Positions 28,345 to 38,413 of a stretch of 64,000 nucleotides of DNA are shown in pieces. Below the pieces are notes generated by a model. The model ran no database searches. It was not told the DNA's origin and saw only the letters and a program-made list of their open reading frames with translations. The first letter of the stretch is position 1; every line of letters starts with the position of its first letter. The position numbers were made by a program, and so were the translations under genes. The DNA comes from Pseudomonadota bacterium (GTDB taxonomy: Bacteria > Pseudomonadota > Alphaproteobacteria > MPNO01 > UBA2964). The stretch is taken from NCBI GenBank assembly GCA_036339375.1, contig JAYZBC010000051.1, positions 11,796 to 75,795 on the forward strand, written 5' to 3'.

Positions 28345-29349
28345 CTATTTTATTTCGCCTGCCGCTTTCAAAAGTTTGCGATGGGCCTCGCGTTCTGCAA
28401 TAAAATATGCATTAAGTTTTTTGCCTGTTAACCAACCAGGTATTAACCCTTTTTTCTTGAGGTAGCCCTGCCAAGCCTTAGACTTATACACCTTTGTGAA
28501 TACATCCACATAAAACGCTTGGGCACTCTTACTCATTCCAGGGGGCGCAACAATACTACGTTGCATGTAGTAAACCATTTTATCCCCATAACCGAGTTCC
28601 TGGAAAGTTGGTATATTACCAAATCTTCCTTTTAATTTACCTTTCGGTGTAAAACTTGCCAAAGGACGCGATTTTCCGGCCTCCCAAAATCCTGCTTGTT
28701 CGGACGGGTTATTAACAGTCGAATTGATATGTTTCCCGATCAAATTTTTCGCGACCGTGCCTCCACCTTTAAACGGCACATAGGTCATTTTGATACCAAA
28801 TTTTTTCTCTAGCATACCGGTTACGAGGGAATCTTCTTGACCCTTACCGGTTCCACCCATTTTCCATGCTGCCGAGCCTGCTTTTTTCACCGCAGCAACA
28901 TAGTCTGGCACAGATTTGATATTTGTATCCGAATGTACCCAAAGTTGAAAAGTATCTTCAGCCAACCTGGCAATTGGAGTGAAACTTGAGATATCCACGC
29001 CAAGACTTGGGTTACGTAGTGGGGTCGTATAATAGCTGTTCAAGGTTGCCAAAATAATATAGTCATTACCGTTGTTGTCCTTAAGATATCTCAAGGCTTC
29101 AGCACCTGAACCGCCACCTTTATTATTCGGAACAAAAGGCTTAGGCGAAATTTTCTTCTTTTCAATTATACCTTGAATAAAACGGGCTAATCGGTCCGCG
29201 CCACCGCCTTTACCAGCCATGATAACAAATTCAACGGGCTTACGTGGCTTCCATGCAGCTTCTGCATCAGATAATGTGATGCTGCCCTGGATACCAAAAA
29301 TAAAACTCGTCAAAAGTGCAAAAACACCTGTTTTTAAAAATAGTTTCAT
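28345..29349 (-). CDS. tctC: Tripartite tricarboxylate transporter substrate-binding protein (Bug/TctC)
   Basis: Signal peptide, GKGGGAD, NNKGGGSG and YVPFKGGG. Confidence 0.92.
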   Translation of the reverse strand: MKLFLKTGVFALLTSFIFGIQGSITLSDAEAAWKPRKPVEFVIMAGKGGGADRLARFIQGIIEKKKISPKPFVPNNKGGGSGAEALRYLKDNNGNDYIILATLNSYYTTPLRNPSLGVDISSFTPIARLAEDTFQLWVHSDTNIKSVPDYVAAVKKAGSAAWKMGGTGKGQEDSLVTGMLEKKFGIKMTYVPFKGGGTVAKNLIGKHINSTVNNPSEQAGFWEAGKSRPLASFTPKGKLKGRFGNIPTFQELGYGDKMVYYMQRSIVAPPGMSKSAQAFYVDVFTKVYKSKAWQGYLKKKGLIPGWLTGKKLNAYFIAEREAHRKLLKAAGEIK

Positions 29350-29597
29350 TCTTTTCTCCCTTTCCCGGTAACGTCCCGGGTTTTAATGATCCTTTATTTA
29401 ACTAAGTCTAAAGAAACGACTAACACTCGATCACTTATTCCAAGACATTCTAAAATTTAGCCTCGATTACATGGAAAAGTTAAACGGAAGCAAAGGTGCT
29501 GTACAGCCTCTAATAAACGTATTTTTTGACCATTCCGTAAGTTTTTCGTTAGTTTGTGTTTTTTAGCAACCCTATTTGAACAATTGGAGGTTCGGTG

Positions 29598-30335
29598 ATG
29601 AAGCAAAATCAGATATACGGATATAGAGCTCGAATAGGTTACACCGTGGCCGCCGTAACCACGGAGATTTATCCTATCGATTGGTATCGGGTTGTCCCAA
29701 AAGGTGTTTCCTTAATGATGATTACTCTACCTCTCGGTAATCGTTCAAATTCGGATCTAAAAAAGTGTTACGAAATTTCCATTAAGGGGGCACAAACTAT
29801 GGCACAGGCTGGAGCCGATTTAGTCCTCCTTGGGGGACTCCCAATCAACATTTCCAAAGGTAATCATTCGCTCGAACAACTCATGGACCACCTGGAGACC
29901 AAAACCGGTGTGCAAATGTCATGCTCAGCATTGGCTCAATCTAACGCTTTCACCAAACTGGGTGCGAGTAAAGTCTGCACCATTCATCCCTTTCTAAAAG
30001 ATCAAAATAAGAGGCACGAACGCACTATTTGTGATTATTTTGGTCTGGAGTCTACAGGAGTTTTTGCGGGAGGCTCCAATTTAATCCAGCTAGGTACCCT
30101 GCCTCCCGAAAAAGCTCTCCAATGGGGACGTGAAGCGATATCTAAACACCCCGAAGCTGATACTCTTTATTTTGGGTGCCCTCATTGGACTGTAGTTGAT
30201 GCTATAGAACCCTTAGAAAAAGAGTTTGGTGTTAATGTTATGACGTCTTTACAAGCGATTGCTTGGGAATCTATGAGAAAGACAGGGATTAATGATCCAG
30301 TAAATGGGTTTGGACGATTACTTCGAGATTTTTGA
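29598..30335 (+). CDS. Arylmalonate decarboxylase / maleate isomerase (Asp/Glu racemase fold) family protein
   Basis: RARIG, ADLVLLGGLP, YFGCPHW and VMTSLQAIAW. ATG 29598 sits 7 nt after GGAGG. Confidence 0.85.
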   Translation: MKQNQIYGYRARIGYTVAAVTTEIYPIDWYRVVPKGVSLMMITLPLGNRSNSDLKKCYEISIKGAQTMAQAGADLVLLGGLPINISKGNHSLEQLMDHLETKTGVQMSCSALAQSNAFTKLGASKVCTIHPFLKDQNKRHERTICDYFGLESTGVFAGGSNLIQLGTLPPEKALQWGREAISKHPEADTLYFGCPHWTVVDAIEPLEKEFGVNVMTSLQAIAWESMRKTGINDPVNGFGRLLRDF

Positions 30336-30400
30336 AATTCCTTCAAAAGCAAATTATCGGTTTTTGAAGTTTGAAATCATCCTTTAATGGCCCAAAGTTT

Positions 30401-31135
30401 TTAGTTAAAATTTGATCCCCCATTGACTTGAATTACTTCGCCCGTAATAAAACTTGCCTTTTTTGAGATGAGGAAAATACCTGCATTTGCTATTTCCTCT
30501 GCGGTTCCAAAACGACCCATTGGAAATCTTTCAGCCATCGCTTTTCGTTTTTTCTCCGTATAACCAGCTATCATTGCTGTCTCTGTTAATCCAGGACTCA
30601 CTGCATTGCAGCGTATTTTTGGAGCCAACGACCGTGAAAGAGACCTAGTGAGAGCTATTATTGCGCCCTTGGAACTTACGTAAGCGGGTCCGCCCTGGCC
30701 CCCTCCGCCCGTTACGCCTTGAAGTACAGAGGTTGATGTTGTGAGTACAATACTGCCACCATTTTTATTCATCATATAATGTGCAGCAGCTTGAGAGATC
30801 AAAAATGAACCCGTAACATTTACTGACATCACAAAATTAAATTCACCCGCGTCAAGTTCATCCCATTTTTTAGAAGAATGCGTCGCCCCCCAGTGAATTA
30901 AAGCATTTAATTCACCAAATTTTTTATTTGTCTGGAAAACCGCTTCCTTACAATCTTCTGGCTTCGAAACATCACCCCCAAAAAAAATTATTTGTTCATC
31001 ATTTGGGAGTTCTGCACGCATTTGTTCTTCCTTGGGGTCAAAAGCAAGGATGCGATTACCTTTATCAAGTAATTTTTTTGTGCAAGCTAATCCAATCCCA
31101 CTAGCCGCCCCTGTTACCATAATTGTTTGCACCAT
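30401..31135 (-). CDS. SDR family oxidoreductase
   Basis: TGAASGIG, PAYVSSK, RCNAVSPG and NGG. Confidence 0.9.
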   Translation of the reverse strand: MVQTIMVTGAASGIGLACTKKLLDKGNRILAFDPKEEQMRAELPNDEQIIFFGGDVSKPEDCKEAVFQTNKKFGELNALIHWGATHSSKKWDELDAGEFNFVMSVNVTGSFLISQAAAHYMMNKNGGSIVLTTSTSVLQGVTGGGGQGGPAYVSSKGAIIALTRSLSRSLAPKIRCNAVSPGLTETAMIAGYTEKKRKAMAERFPMGRFGTAEEIANAGIFLISKKASFITGEVIQVNGGSNFN

Positions 31136-31169
31136 AACGTTTTCCTAAACTAACCCGGTAAAAGCCTCT

Positions 31170-32753
31170 CTAGTTGCCAACTGGCAAAAAAATTTTATTA
31201 TTGTTACCTAGGTCCCATTCCCCGTTTTTCAGCCGAACCAATTCCCCTTTACTTCGTATTTGATCCAAAGCAAGTAAAACATCCCGCCCGTCAACACTCC
31301 CTGTCCCAGAAACCAAAGCTTCAAAAGTTTTTGGCCCATCCTTTAAAGCTTCCCTAACACTACGAAAACGCCGATTTGTCGGTAAAGGCCTGGGAGGCTT
31401 CGGAACAGAAAGCTCTAGCGCTTCACGTTTGCCAAAAGGTAAAGTCAGGTCATAGCCCGCTTTGGAACCGACGTTACGACCATCCAAAGACGGATCATGA
31501 GGTAATGTCCGAAAACCAGACAATACAATCAAATCTCGGTCTGGTTGAAATCGTGTCGCCATGGCCCAATCTATCTGTTCATCAGAAAATATATTTATAT
31601 CGTCATCAACAACATAAACATTCTTAACGTTGGCAAGAGAACCGTGTATTGCGGAAATTGCGTTCCTCGCCTCGCCTGCAACACGCTGCCGCAAGCTAAC
31701 CCGGACGTTCATCACGCCAGCCCCCGATGCCGTTGAATAAACGCCTAAAGGCTCACGCACGGCTGTTTTAAGAGCATCCCAGACTAATGCTTCAGTCCTG
31801 GCCCCAGCAATTTGAGCTGTATCGGTATTTCCAATACGAAATCCACTAATGGTTGCCGTTTGAAAAAGTGCGTCTTTACGCATTGTAATTGCCGTTAAAT
31901 GAAAAACTGGGTTGGGTTTCATTAAACCGTAATATCCAAAGGTTTCCCCATAAGGACCTTCTGGATTGACGTAACCCCGTTCGTCAAAATACCCCTCCAA
32001 TACAATCTCAGCATCTGCGGGAACGGGCACTCCATTGGTAACTCCCTTAACGAATGCAACCGGTTCACCACGGAGTGTTCCAATTAACCCAAGCTCATCT
32101 ACTGCTACCCTCATGGCAGCAGCTAAAAAATCAGTTGGGTGTGATCCTACAGTGAAACTAACTGGTAATCTTTCTCCGTTGGCAACAGCCTTTTGGTATA
32201 AATGCCGTAAGTCACTGGGCGCTGTAAGATTTAAACCGGCAGTCTGTCTCCCCATTAACATCAAACGGCGACTTCCAACATTGACCCAGCCTGTTTCTGG
32301 ATCCATTGCAAAATCGATTCCTGCCGAAATATAGGGTCCCCCATCCATTTCATGCTGCAAATGAACTGGTAGTTTGGTAAAATCAGCAGAATCACCAGTA
32401 AGAATCATATCATGCACAGGAGCATTCTCTGAAGAAATTTCTATAGTGGATTTTGGATTGGTCATCCGCTGGATCATTTCATTGGCAAGTTGCGCAGGCT
32501 GAACACCGAATGCGGCAGCTAGCCTGGTCCTACTGCCCATCACGTTTCCAAATAATTCAGCCTGCTCGGGCCCTACCTTTTGAAATAAAACAGCCTTTGA
32601 ATGACCATCAAGAACTTTTGCCACATCAATTAAATCAATCGGCTCTTCAATAACTTCTACTTCCCCTGCCTCTAAGAGCTGTTCCGCAAAAACACGAAGA
32701 CGGAATTTGTCGAGATCTGGAACATCCGTCTGTGACTCTAAAGGTTGCTTCAA
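31170..32753 (-). CDS. UbiD-family prFMN-dependent (de)carboxylase with a C-terminal extension
   Basis: DGGPYIS, VGSRRLM, VPADAEIVLEG, EGPYGETFGYY, VVDDDINI and ATRFQ. TTG start. Confidence 0.9.
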   Translation of the reverse strand: MKQPLESQTDVPDLDKFRLRVFAEQLLEAGEVEVIEEPIDLIDVAKVLDGHSKAVLFQKVGPEQAELFGNVMGSRTRLAAAFGVQPAQLANEMIQRMTNPKSTIEISSENAPVHDMILTGDSADFTKLPVHLQHEMDGGPYISAGIDFAMDPETGWVNVGSRRLMLMGRQTAGLNLTAPSDLRHLYQKAVANGERLPVSFTVGSHPTDFLAAAMRVAVDELGLIGTLRGEPVAFVKGVTNGVPVPADAEIVLEGYFDERGYVNPEGPYGETFGYYGLMKPNPVFHLTAITMRKDALFQTATISGFRIGNTDTAQIAGARTEALVWDALKTAVREPLGVYSTASGAGVMNVRVSLRQRVAGEARNAISAIHGSLANVKNVYVVDDDINIFSDEQIDWAMATRFQPDRDLIVLSGFRTLPHDPSLDGRNVGSKAGYDLTLPFGKREALELSVPKPPRPLPTNRRFRSVREALKDGPKTFEALVSGTGSVDGRDVLLALDQIRSKGELVRLKNGEWDLGNNNKIFLPVGN

Positions 32754-32924
32754 AACTCTCTCCCCTGCAAAAACCTTTCACACCTCATTGGGTCAAAACC
32801 ATACCGCCCAATTCTTGTCATAGACAAGGTATGACAGCGTTACATAAGCTTTGCAAAGATCCTAAGCAGTAAATAAAAAAATAGTCCGCTTGTCGGAAAT
32901 GACAGTGAATGCCATTGTCAAAAA

Positions 32925-34556
32925 ATGTTAGGAGAGAAAAGAATTGACACACCTGTACTCATCGTAGGTGCGGGACCTGTCGGGCTCGCGCTAGCCGGGG
33001 ACCTCGGATGGAGGGGTATCCCAAGCATTGTTATAGAAAAAACCAATGGCACCATCTTCCAAGCCCGGCAAGACTTGGTGGGTATTCGAACAATGGAGTT
33101 TTGCCGCCGATGGGGAATTGTGAAAGATGTAGAAAGGTCCCCTTATCCCCGAGATTACCCGCAGGACAATATTTACATTGCCGGAAATTTAGTAAATGGG
33201 TGGGAAATCGGGCGTTATAAAGCGCCTTCAATGGACCAAGAAAAACCACCCGAACAAAGTCCACAAAAACGCGAACGATGTCCGCAAAACATGTTTGATC
33301 CAATTCTGAAAAAATTCGCTTTAACGTCCAAAAATTCCAAAATACTTTATAATCATCAATTTTGTTTCCTTGAACATCTGTCTAACGGCATAAGGATAAA
33401 TGTCGAGGACACCAACCAAAAACGGAAAATCAAGATTTTTTCTCGTTACCTTGTTGGTTGTGACGGGTTTGGTAGTCAGGTGCGTGAAACGCTAAACATA
33501 AAAATGTTAGGCAAGCCGGCACTCACTTATACAACCAATATCATATTCCGTTTCAACGGTTTTGAAAAATTACATACAAAACCTCCCGGGTACCGTTTCA
33601 TCTTTTTAAAACCTGGTGGTGTATGGGCAACAATTGTTGCAATCAATGGGCGAGATCAATGGCGCATGTCCATCGTCAACAGCAGCGAACAACCTGGGGA
33701 CCTTTCCAGGGAAGAAATTCACAAAGCGATTGCAGAAGTTGTTGGCGTCCCTTTTGGATATGAAATTTTATCCATTTTGCCGTGGACAAGACGTGAACTG
33801 GTGGCTGATAAATATAATGTTGGTAATGTATTTATTGCCGGAGATGCTGCCCATGTTATGTCGCCAACAGGCGGTTTCGGAATGAACACTGGTATCGGAG
33901 ATATTGTAGACCTGTCTTGGAAAATTTCTGCTACTTTAAAGGCTTGGGGTGGTTCTTCATTAATGGATAGCTATGTCGTGGAACGACAACCGGTTGCCTT
34001 TCGGAATGTCAAAGAAGCTAGCGGAAATTTAAATCGAATGCTTTCAAAAAAAGACCACCCTGCTTTTTTTGACAAAACTGTTGAAGGAGCAAAAGCACGC
34101 AAATCCATTGGCCAAAAAATTTACAAACAAATGCAGCGCGAATGGGAAACTTTAGGGATACACCTTGGTTACCGTTATGAAAATTCGCCAATCTGTGTTT
34201 CGGATGGCACACCTGATATTCCAGATAATCATGCCCAATATATACAAACTTCAAGACCTGGATCGAGAGCGCCACACGTTTGGCTCAAAGACGGACGTTC
34301 TACTTTAGACCTCTTTGGGTCCTCATTCGTTCTTTTATGTTTGGGTGAAAATGTTCCAAAACCTGACCCTTTTTATAAAGCAGCCAAATCGTGCAATTTG
34401 CCATTAAAAATATTGCATTTAAAAGAAAAAAAAGTCTGCCTGGCTTATCAAAGCCGTTTGGTATTGGTGAGACCTGATGGACATGTTGCTTGGCGGGGAG
34501 ATAATCTACCCAAAAATTCAAAAAAGGTCATTGATACCGTAAGAGGTGCATTGTAG
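32925..34556 (+). CDS. Group A FAD-dependent monooxygenase (phenol/aromatic hydroxylase, PheA/TfdB-like)
   Basis: GAGPVG, LVGCDG, AGDAAHVMSPTGGFGMNTGIGD, RPGSRAPH and LVRPDGHVAWR. Confidence 0.92.
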   Translation: MLGEKRIDTPVLIVGAGPVGLALAGDLGWRGIPSIVIEKTNGTIFQARQDLVGIRTMEFCRRWGIVKDVERSPYPRDYPQDNIYIAGNLVNGWEIGRYKAPSMDQEKPPEQSPQKRERCPQNMFDPILKKFALTSKNSKILYNHQFCFLEHLSNGIRINVEDTNQKRKIKIFSRYLVGCDGFGSQVRETLNIKMLGKPALTYTTNIIFRFNGFEKLHTKPPGYRFIFLKPGGVWATIVAINGRDQWRMSIVNSSEQPGDLSREEIHKAIAEVVGVPFGYEILSILPWTRRELVADKYNVGNVFIAGDAAHVMSPTGGFGMNTGIGDIVDLSWKISATLKAWGGSSLMDSYVVERQPVAFRNVKEASGNLNRMLSKKDHPAFFDKTVEGAKARKSIGQKIYKQMQREWETLGIHLGYRYENSPICVSDGTPDIPDNHAQYIQTSRPGSRAPHVWLKDGRSTLDLFGSSFVLLCLGENVPKPDPFYKAAKSCNLPLKILHLKEKKVCLAYQSRLVLVRPDGHVAWRGDNLPKNSKKVIDTVRGAL

Positions 34557-34571
34557 ATGGGAGAGGATAAA

Positions 34572-35534
34572 ATGAAGGGATCACAAAACTGGGGAAATAC
34601 TAATGACCTTGAAACCCTTTATGAACAATTAGCACGATGCAATATAAGCGCTGGTTGGGCAAAACCGACACCCTCTCTCTATCCAGAGCCCTACCAAACA
34701 TTCCTACCCCACAAATGGTCATGGAAAGATAGCCGCGCTGCACTTGAAGTAGCTGGACGCCTAATTAGTACGGACCTTGCGGAAAGACGTAATTTAATTT
34801 TATACAATCCCACCGAAGGTAACTCTTACTCCACAGTTCGTACCTTAATAACTGCATATCAAATGATATTGCCAGGAGAACAAGCAAGATCACACCGTCA
34901 TACACCCAACGCCTTAAGATTTATACTAGAAGGTGAAGGCTCTTATACTATCGTAGATGGTCAACGCCTCGACATGCACCCTAACGACGTTTTGCTCACG
35001 CCAAACTGGTCCTGGCACGGCCATGCTAGCGAAGCAAGTGAAGCTTGCTATTGGATTGATTGTCTGGATGTACCCTTGGTACATTTTTTGGAACCGATGT
35101 TTTTTGAACAACACCCCGCCGTTTATGAGCCTGTCGAAACCGTTCCTACTAATTCTCCTTTTCTCTTTAGTTGGGAGAATGTCCAAAAAGCTCTCGAGAA
35201 TGTGGAGCAAGATCAAAAAGGGTCATACGGAAAGCGTGTAGAACTTGGGAGCCCTGCCCTGAAATCAATTGGCCTTCACATGCACCGACTTGAAGGTGGA
35301 ACTAAGACAAATGAAATAAAAACAACCGCTAATCAAATTTTTTGTGTTGTTGAGGGTTATGGAACAACATTTATCGATGGTCATAAATTTAGTTGGGGTC
35401 GTGGTGATGTTGTCGCAATTCCTGGTTGGCACCCTTACTCGCATCACATAAAACAAGACGCGACACTGTTTGAAATGAGTGACGAACCTATAATGCAAGC
35501 CTTTGGTTGGTTAAGGCATTCTGTAGGCTCTTGA
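34572..35534 (+). CDS. Gentisate/salicylate 1,2-dioxygenase-like bicupin
   Basis: AERRNL, YQMILPGE and HRH...WHGH triad. ATG 34572 behind GAGGA (34557 is also possible). Confidence 0.88.
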   Translation: MKGSQNWGNTNDLETLYEQLARCNISAGWAKPTPSLYPEPYQTFLPHKWSWKDSRAALEVAGRLISTDLAERRNLILYNPTEGNSYSTVRTLITAYQMILPGEQARSHRHTPNALRFILEGEGSYTIVDGQRLDMHPNDVLLTPNWSWHGHASEASEACYWIDCLDVPLVHFLEPMFFEQHPAVYEPVETVPTNSPFLFSWENVQKALENVEQDQKGSYGKRVELGSPALKSIGLHMHRLEGGTKTNEIKTTANQIFCVVEGYGTTFIDGHKFSWGRGDVVAIPGWHPYSHHIKQDATLFEMSDEPIMQAFGWLRHSVGS

Positions 35535-35566
35535 TGTTGACAATGTTAGATAAGGACTGTTTTTAA

Positions 35567-36541
35567 ATGACTTTAACATTTGCTTCCTGGGGGTACGACC
35601 GCATGGAAGCCCTCCGCTCCGGTACAGTAAAGGTAGAAGGTTTTGATGTACAATGCTTGGATTTAAAACCACGTGAAATATTCGATCGAATGGGCAGTAA
35701 ACAAGACTTTTCCGCTGCAGAATTTTCTTTCACAGAATATGTCTTAAATTTTATCCAAGGGAATAAGCTTTTTGTAGCAATCCCAGTATTTCCAAGTAAA
35801 GTCTTTCGCCATGGGTTCATTTTTAAAAACGCAGAAGCAGGAATTGTGACCCCAAAGGATCTTGAAGGAAAGCGCGTTGGGGTACCACTTTACACCATGA
35901 CTGCCGCACTTTGGATTCGCGGATTACTTCAGGACGAATATGGTGTGGATTGGCGAAGTTTCCATTGGATGGAAGGATCTCCCGACAGCAAGGGTGCCCA
36001 TGGAAATCCCTCAATACCTAAACTTCTGAAACCGGTTGAAATTGAAAAAGCGCCCATAGACCAATCCCTTGGAGAACTTCTGGTAACCCAGAAAATTGAT
36101 GCAATGCTAGGGTCACAGGCACCTGATACTATTAACCATCCTTCTGTTGAAAGATTATTTTCGGACTTTCGGACCGTGGAACGAAATTACTTTATTAGAA
36201 CACGTTTGCAGCCAATAATGCACCTCGTGGTCATTCGTCGGGATATTCATGAAGCACACCCAGGTTTGGCCCAAGCGCTTTACAATGCTTTAGTGGAGGC
36301 CAAAGAGGTGGCGCTGGCAAAAATGCGCTACACGGGGGCAAATTGTATAATGATGCCCTTTCTGGCAGCCGAAATGGAGGATATTAGAACCATTTTTGGT
36401 GGCGATCCCTGTTCTTATGGGCTTGAAGAAAACCGACACATCTTGGAGACCATGATCCGTTATATGGTAGAACAAGACTACATTCCGGATCATGTCCCGA
36501 TCGAGGAACTTTTTTTACCGATGAAAGCTCCCGAAAAATGA
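35567..36541 (+). CDS. 4,5-Dihydroxyphthalate decarboxylase-like protein (periplasmic-binding-protein fold)
   Basis: YDRMEAL, IPVFPSKVFRHG, LEGKRVGVPLYTMTA, PIMHLVVIR and YGLEENR. Confidence 0.82.
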   Translation: MTLTFASWGYDRMEALRSGTVKVEGFDVQCLDLKPREIFDRMGSKQDFSAAEFSFTEYVLNFIQGNKLFVAIPVFPSKVFRHGFIFKNAEAGIVTPKDLEGKRVGVPLYTMTAALWIRGLLQDEYGVDWRSFHWMEGSPDSKGAHGNPSIPKLLKPVEIEKAPIDQSLGELLVTQKIDAMLGSQAPDTINHPSVERLFSDFRTVERNYFIRTRLQPIMHLVVIRRDIHEAHPGLAQALYNALVEAKEVALAKMRYTGANCIMMPFLAAEMEDIRTIFGGDPCSYGLEENRHILETMIRYMVEQDYIPDHVPIEELFLPMKAPEK

Positions 36542-36662
36542 TTAACCGAAGTTTTTAGTCCGTTAGGAAGCAATTTTACCCAAATTGCAAAAAAGTAGAT
36601 AACAGACATTTGTGGAAATAAGTAGAAAATAACAACAGGGTAACTTTGAGGGGAAAAAACCC

Positions 36663-38357
36663 ATGAGAAACATATTGGATGGCGGCGAAGCCATTGTTGA
36701 AGCTTTCCGAAAGTTAAACGTCAAATATATTTTGTCCTCCCCCGGAACTGAATGGGCACCGGTTTGGGAGGCAATGGCAAACCAAAAACAATCGGGTAAT
36801 GGCGGACCAGTTTTAATGGACGTTTGGCATGAAACTTTAGCCGTTGATATTGCCTCAGGTTTTACGCTTGTCACCGGAGAAATGCAGGCTGTATTGCTGC
36901 ATGCAGGTTCGGGCCTAATGCAAGGAAATATGGGAATACACGGTGCTTTTGTCGCCGGAATTCCGATGATCGTTATCTCGGGAGAATCTATGACTTATGG
37001 TGAACAAAAGGGTTTCGATCCCGGAGCCCAATGGATCAATAATCTTAGTATCGTCGGCGGAACAACCCGTCTGGTAGAACCAATTGTTAAATTTGCGACA
37101 GTCGCTGGAAGTTCTCATACAGTGTATGAACATGTCCTTCGAGCAGGTGAGCTGGCCCAACGGACACCCAGGGGTCCTACCTATCTCGCCGTTTCAACCG
37201 AAACTTTAATGGATGAATGGACAGCGCCTGAAAACGCAAGAACTATTCCCCCGGCCCCAAAAATTCAAACTATTCCCTCAGATATCGAAAAAATGGCTGA
37301 TCAACTTTTGGCCGCAAAGAATCCTCTGGTCCTTACAGAAGCGGCGGGTCAAGAAGTGGAAACATACGAAGCGCTTGTTGGGCTATGCGAGCTGCTTGCA
37401 CTCCCGTTAATAGAGAAACCGGGGGCTTTATTTGCTAATTTTCCAAAAGACCATCCCCTCCATCAAGGCCACGATGTACAACCATACTGGGACGACATGG
37501 ACCTCGCGCTAGTTATACGGACAAGGGTACCCTGGTATCCACCGAGCCAACGACCACCAAATGCAACGGTCGCTATCATTGACGAGGAGCCCCACCGCGC
37601 ATCAATGGTTTATCAAAGTCTTCAGGCCGATCTGTACCTCGAGGGTTATGCAGCAAGGACACTTCAAGACCTCACGAAAGTCCTTAAGAGCCGAAAATTA
37701 GACAAAGAGGCAATTGAAAACAGAAGATCCGCTCTTGCTAAATCTCATGATGAATTAATGGCAAAAAAAATGGCGCTCTACAAAAACGTACAGAATAAAT
37801 CACCCATTGACCCAGTTTGGCTTTGCGCCTGCCTCGGTGAAGTCATGCCTAAAGGTACTTCTTATATAGACGAAGTCACAACGCATACCCCCTTATTACG
37901 AGAACACATAATGTGGACTGAGCCTCAAAGCCTTTTCACCCGACAAAGTGGATTAGGCCAAGGCCTTGGCCTCTCACTTGGCGTAAAACTCGCCAAGCCT
38001 AAATCGCCAGTCGTCACTTTAATCGGAGACGGAGCGTTTCTGTATAACCCGGTATTACAAAGTTTAGGCGCTTCAAGGGATTACAATTTGCCTATTATTG
38101 CGGTCATTTTCGATAATACCAAATATGCTGCTATGCAGGGTATGCATCAAAAAATGTATCCCAAGGGTGTCGCCGTCGACACTAACGTATTCCACGGCAC
38201 CCATATTAATGCTCCTGATTTTACCAAAGTCGCTGAGGCGTTTGGCGCTTACGGAGAAAGAGTTGAAAATCCTGCACAAGTTAAACAGGCACTAAAAAAT
38301 GCTCTTGAAGCAAATGAAGAAGGTAGGACTGCAATTATTGACGTTTGTGTTTCCTGA
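36663..38357 (+). CDS. Thiamine-diphosphate-dependent enzyme (benzoylformate decarboxylase / ALS superfamily)
   Basis: SPGTE, HE (catalytic Glu) and GDGAFLYN...N ThDP motif. Confidence 0.9.
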   Translation: MRNILDGGEAIVEAFRKLNVKYILSSPGTEWAPVWEAMANQKQSGNGGPVLMDVWHETLAVDIASGFTLVTGEMQAVLLHAGSGLMQGNMGIHGAFVAGIPMIVISGESMTYGEQKGFDPGAQWINNLSIVGGTTRLVEPIVKFATVAGSSHTVYEHVLRAGELAQRTPRGPTYLAVSTETLMDEWTAPENARTIPPAPKIQTIPSDIEKMADQLLAAKNPLVLTEAAGQEVETYEALVGLCELLALPLIEKPGALFANFPKDHPLHQGHDVQPYWDDMDLALVIRTRVPWYPPSQRPPNATVAIIDEEPHRASMVYQSLQADLYLEGYAARTLQDLTKVLKSRKLDKEAIENRRSALAKSHDELMAKKMALYKNVQNKSPIDPVWLCACLGEVMPKGTSYIDEVTTHTPLLREHIMWTEPQSLFTRQSGLGQGLGLSLGVKLAKPKSPVVTLIGDGAFLYNPVLQSLGASRDYNLPIIAVIFDNTKYAAMQGMHQKMYPKGVAVDTNVFHGTHINAPDFTKVAEAFGAYGERVENPAQVKQALKNALEANEEGRTAIIDVCVS

Positions 38358-38413
38358 AAAATTAAGGGCTGCAAAATTAATCAGGTATTAAACATTTTTA
38401 CTGAAAGTTGCAC

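Noticed and set aside
11327-32753. Ubiquinone-biosynthesis ubiD
   Set aside because: The two divergent paralogs sit in catabolic contexts with no ubi genes; only a family-level call is supported.
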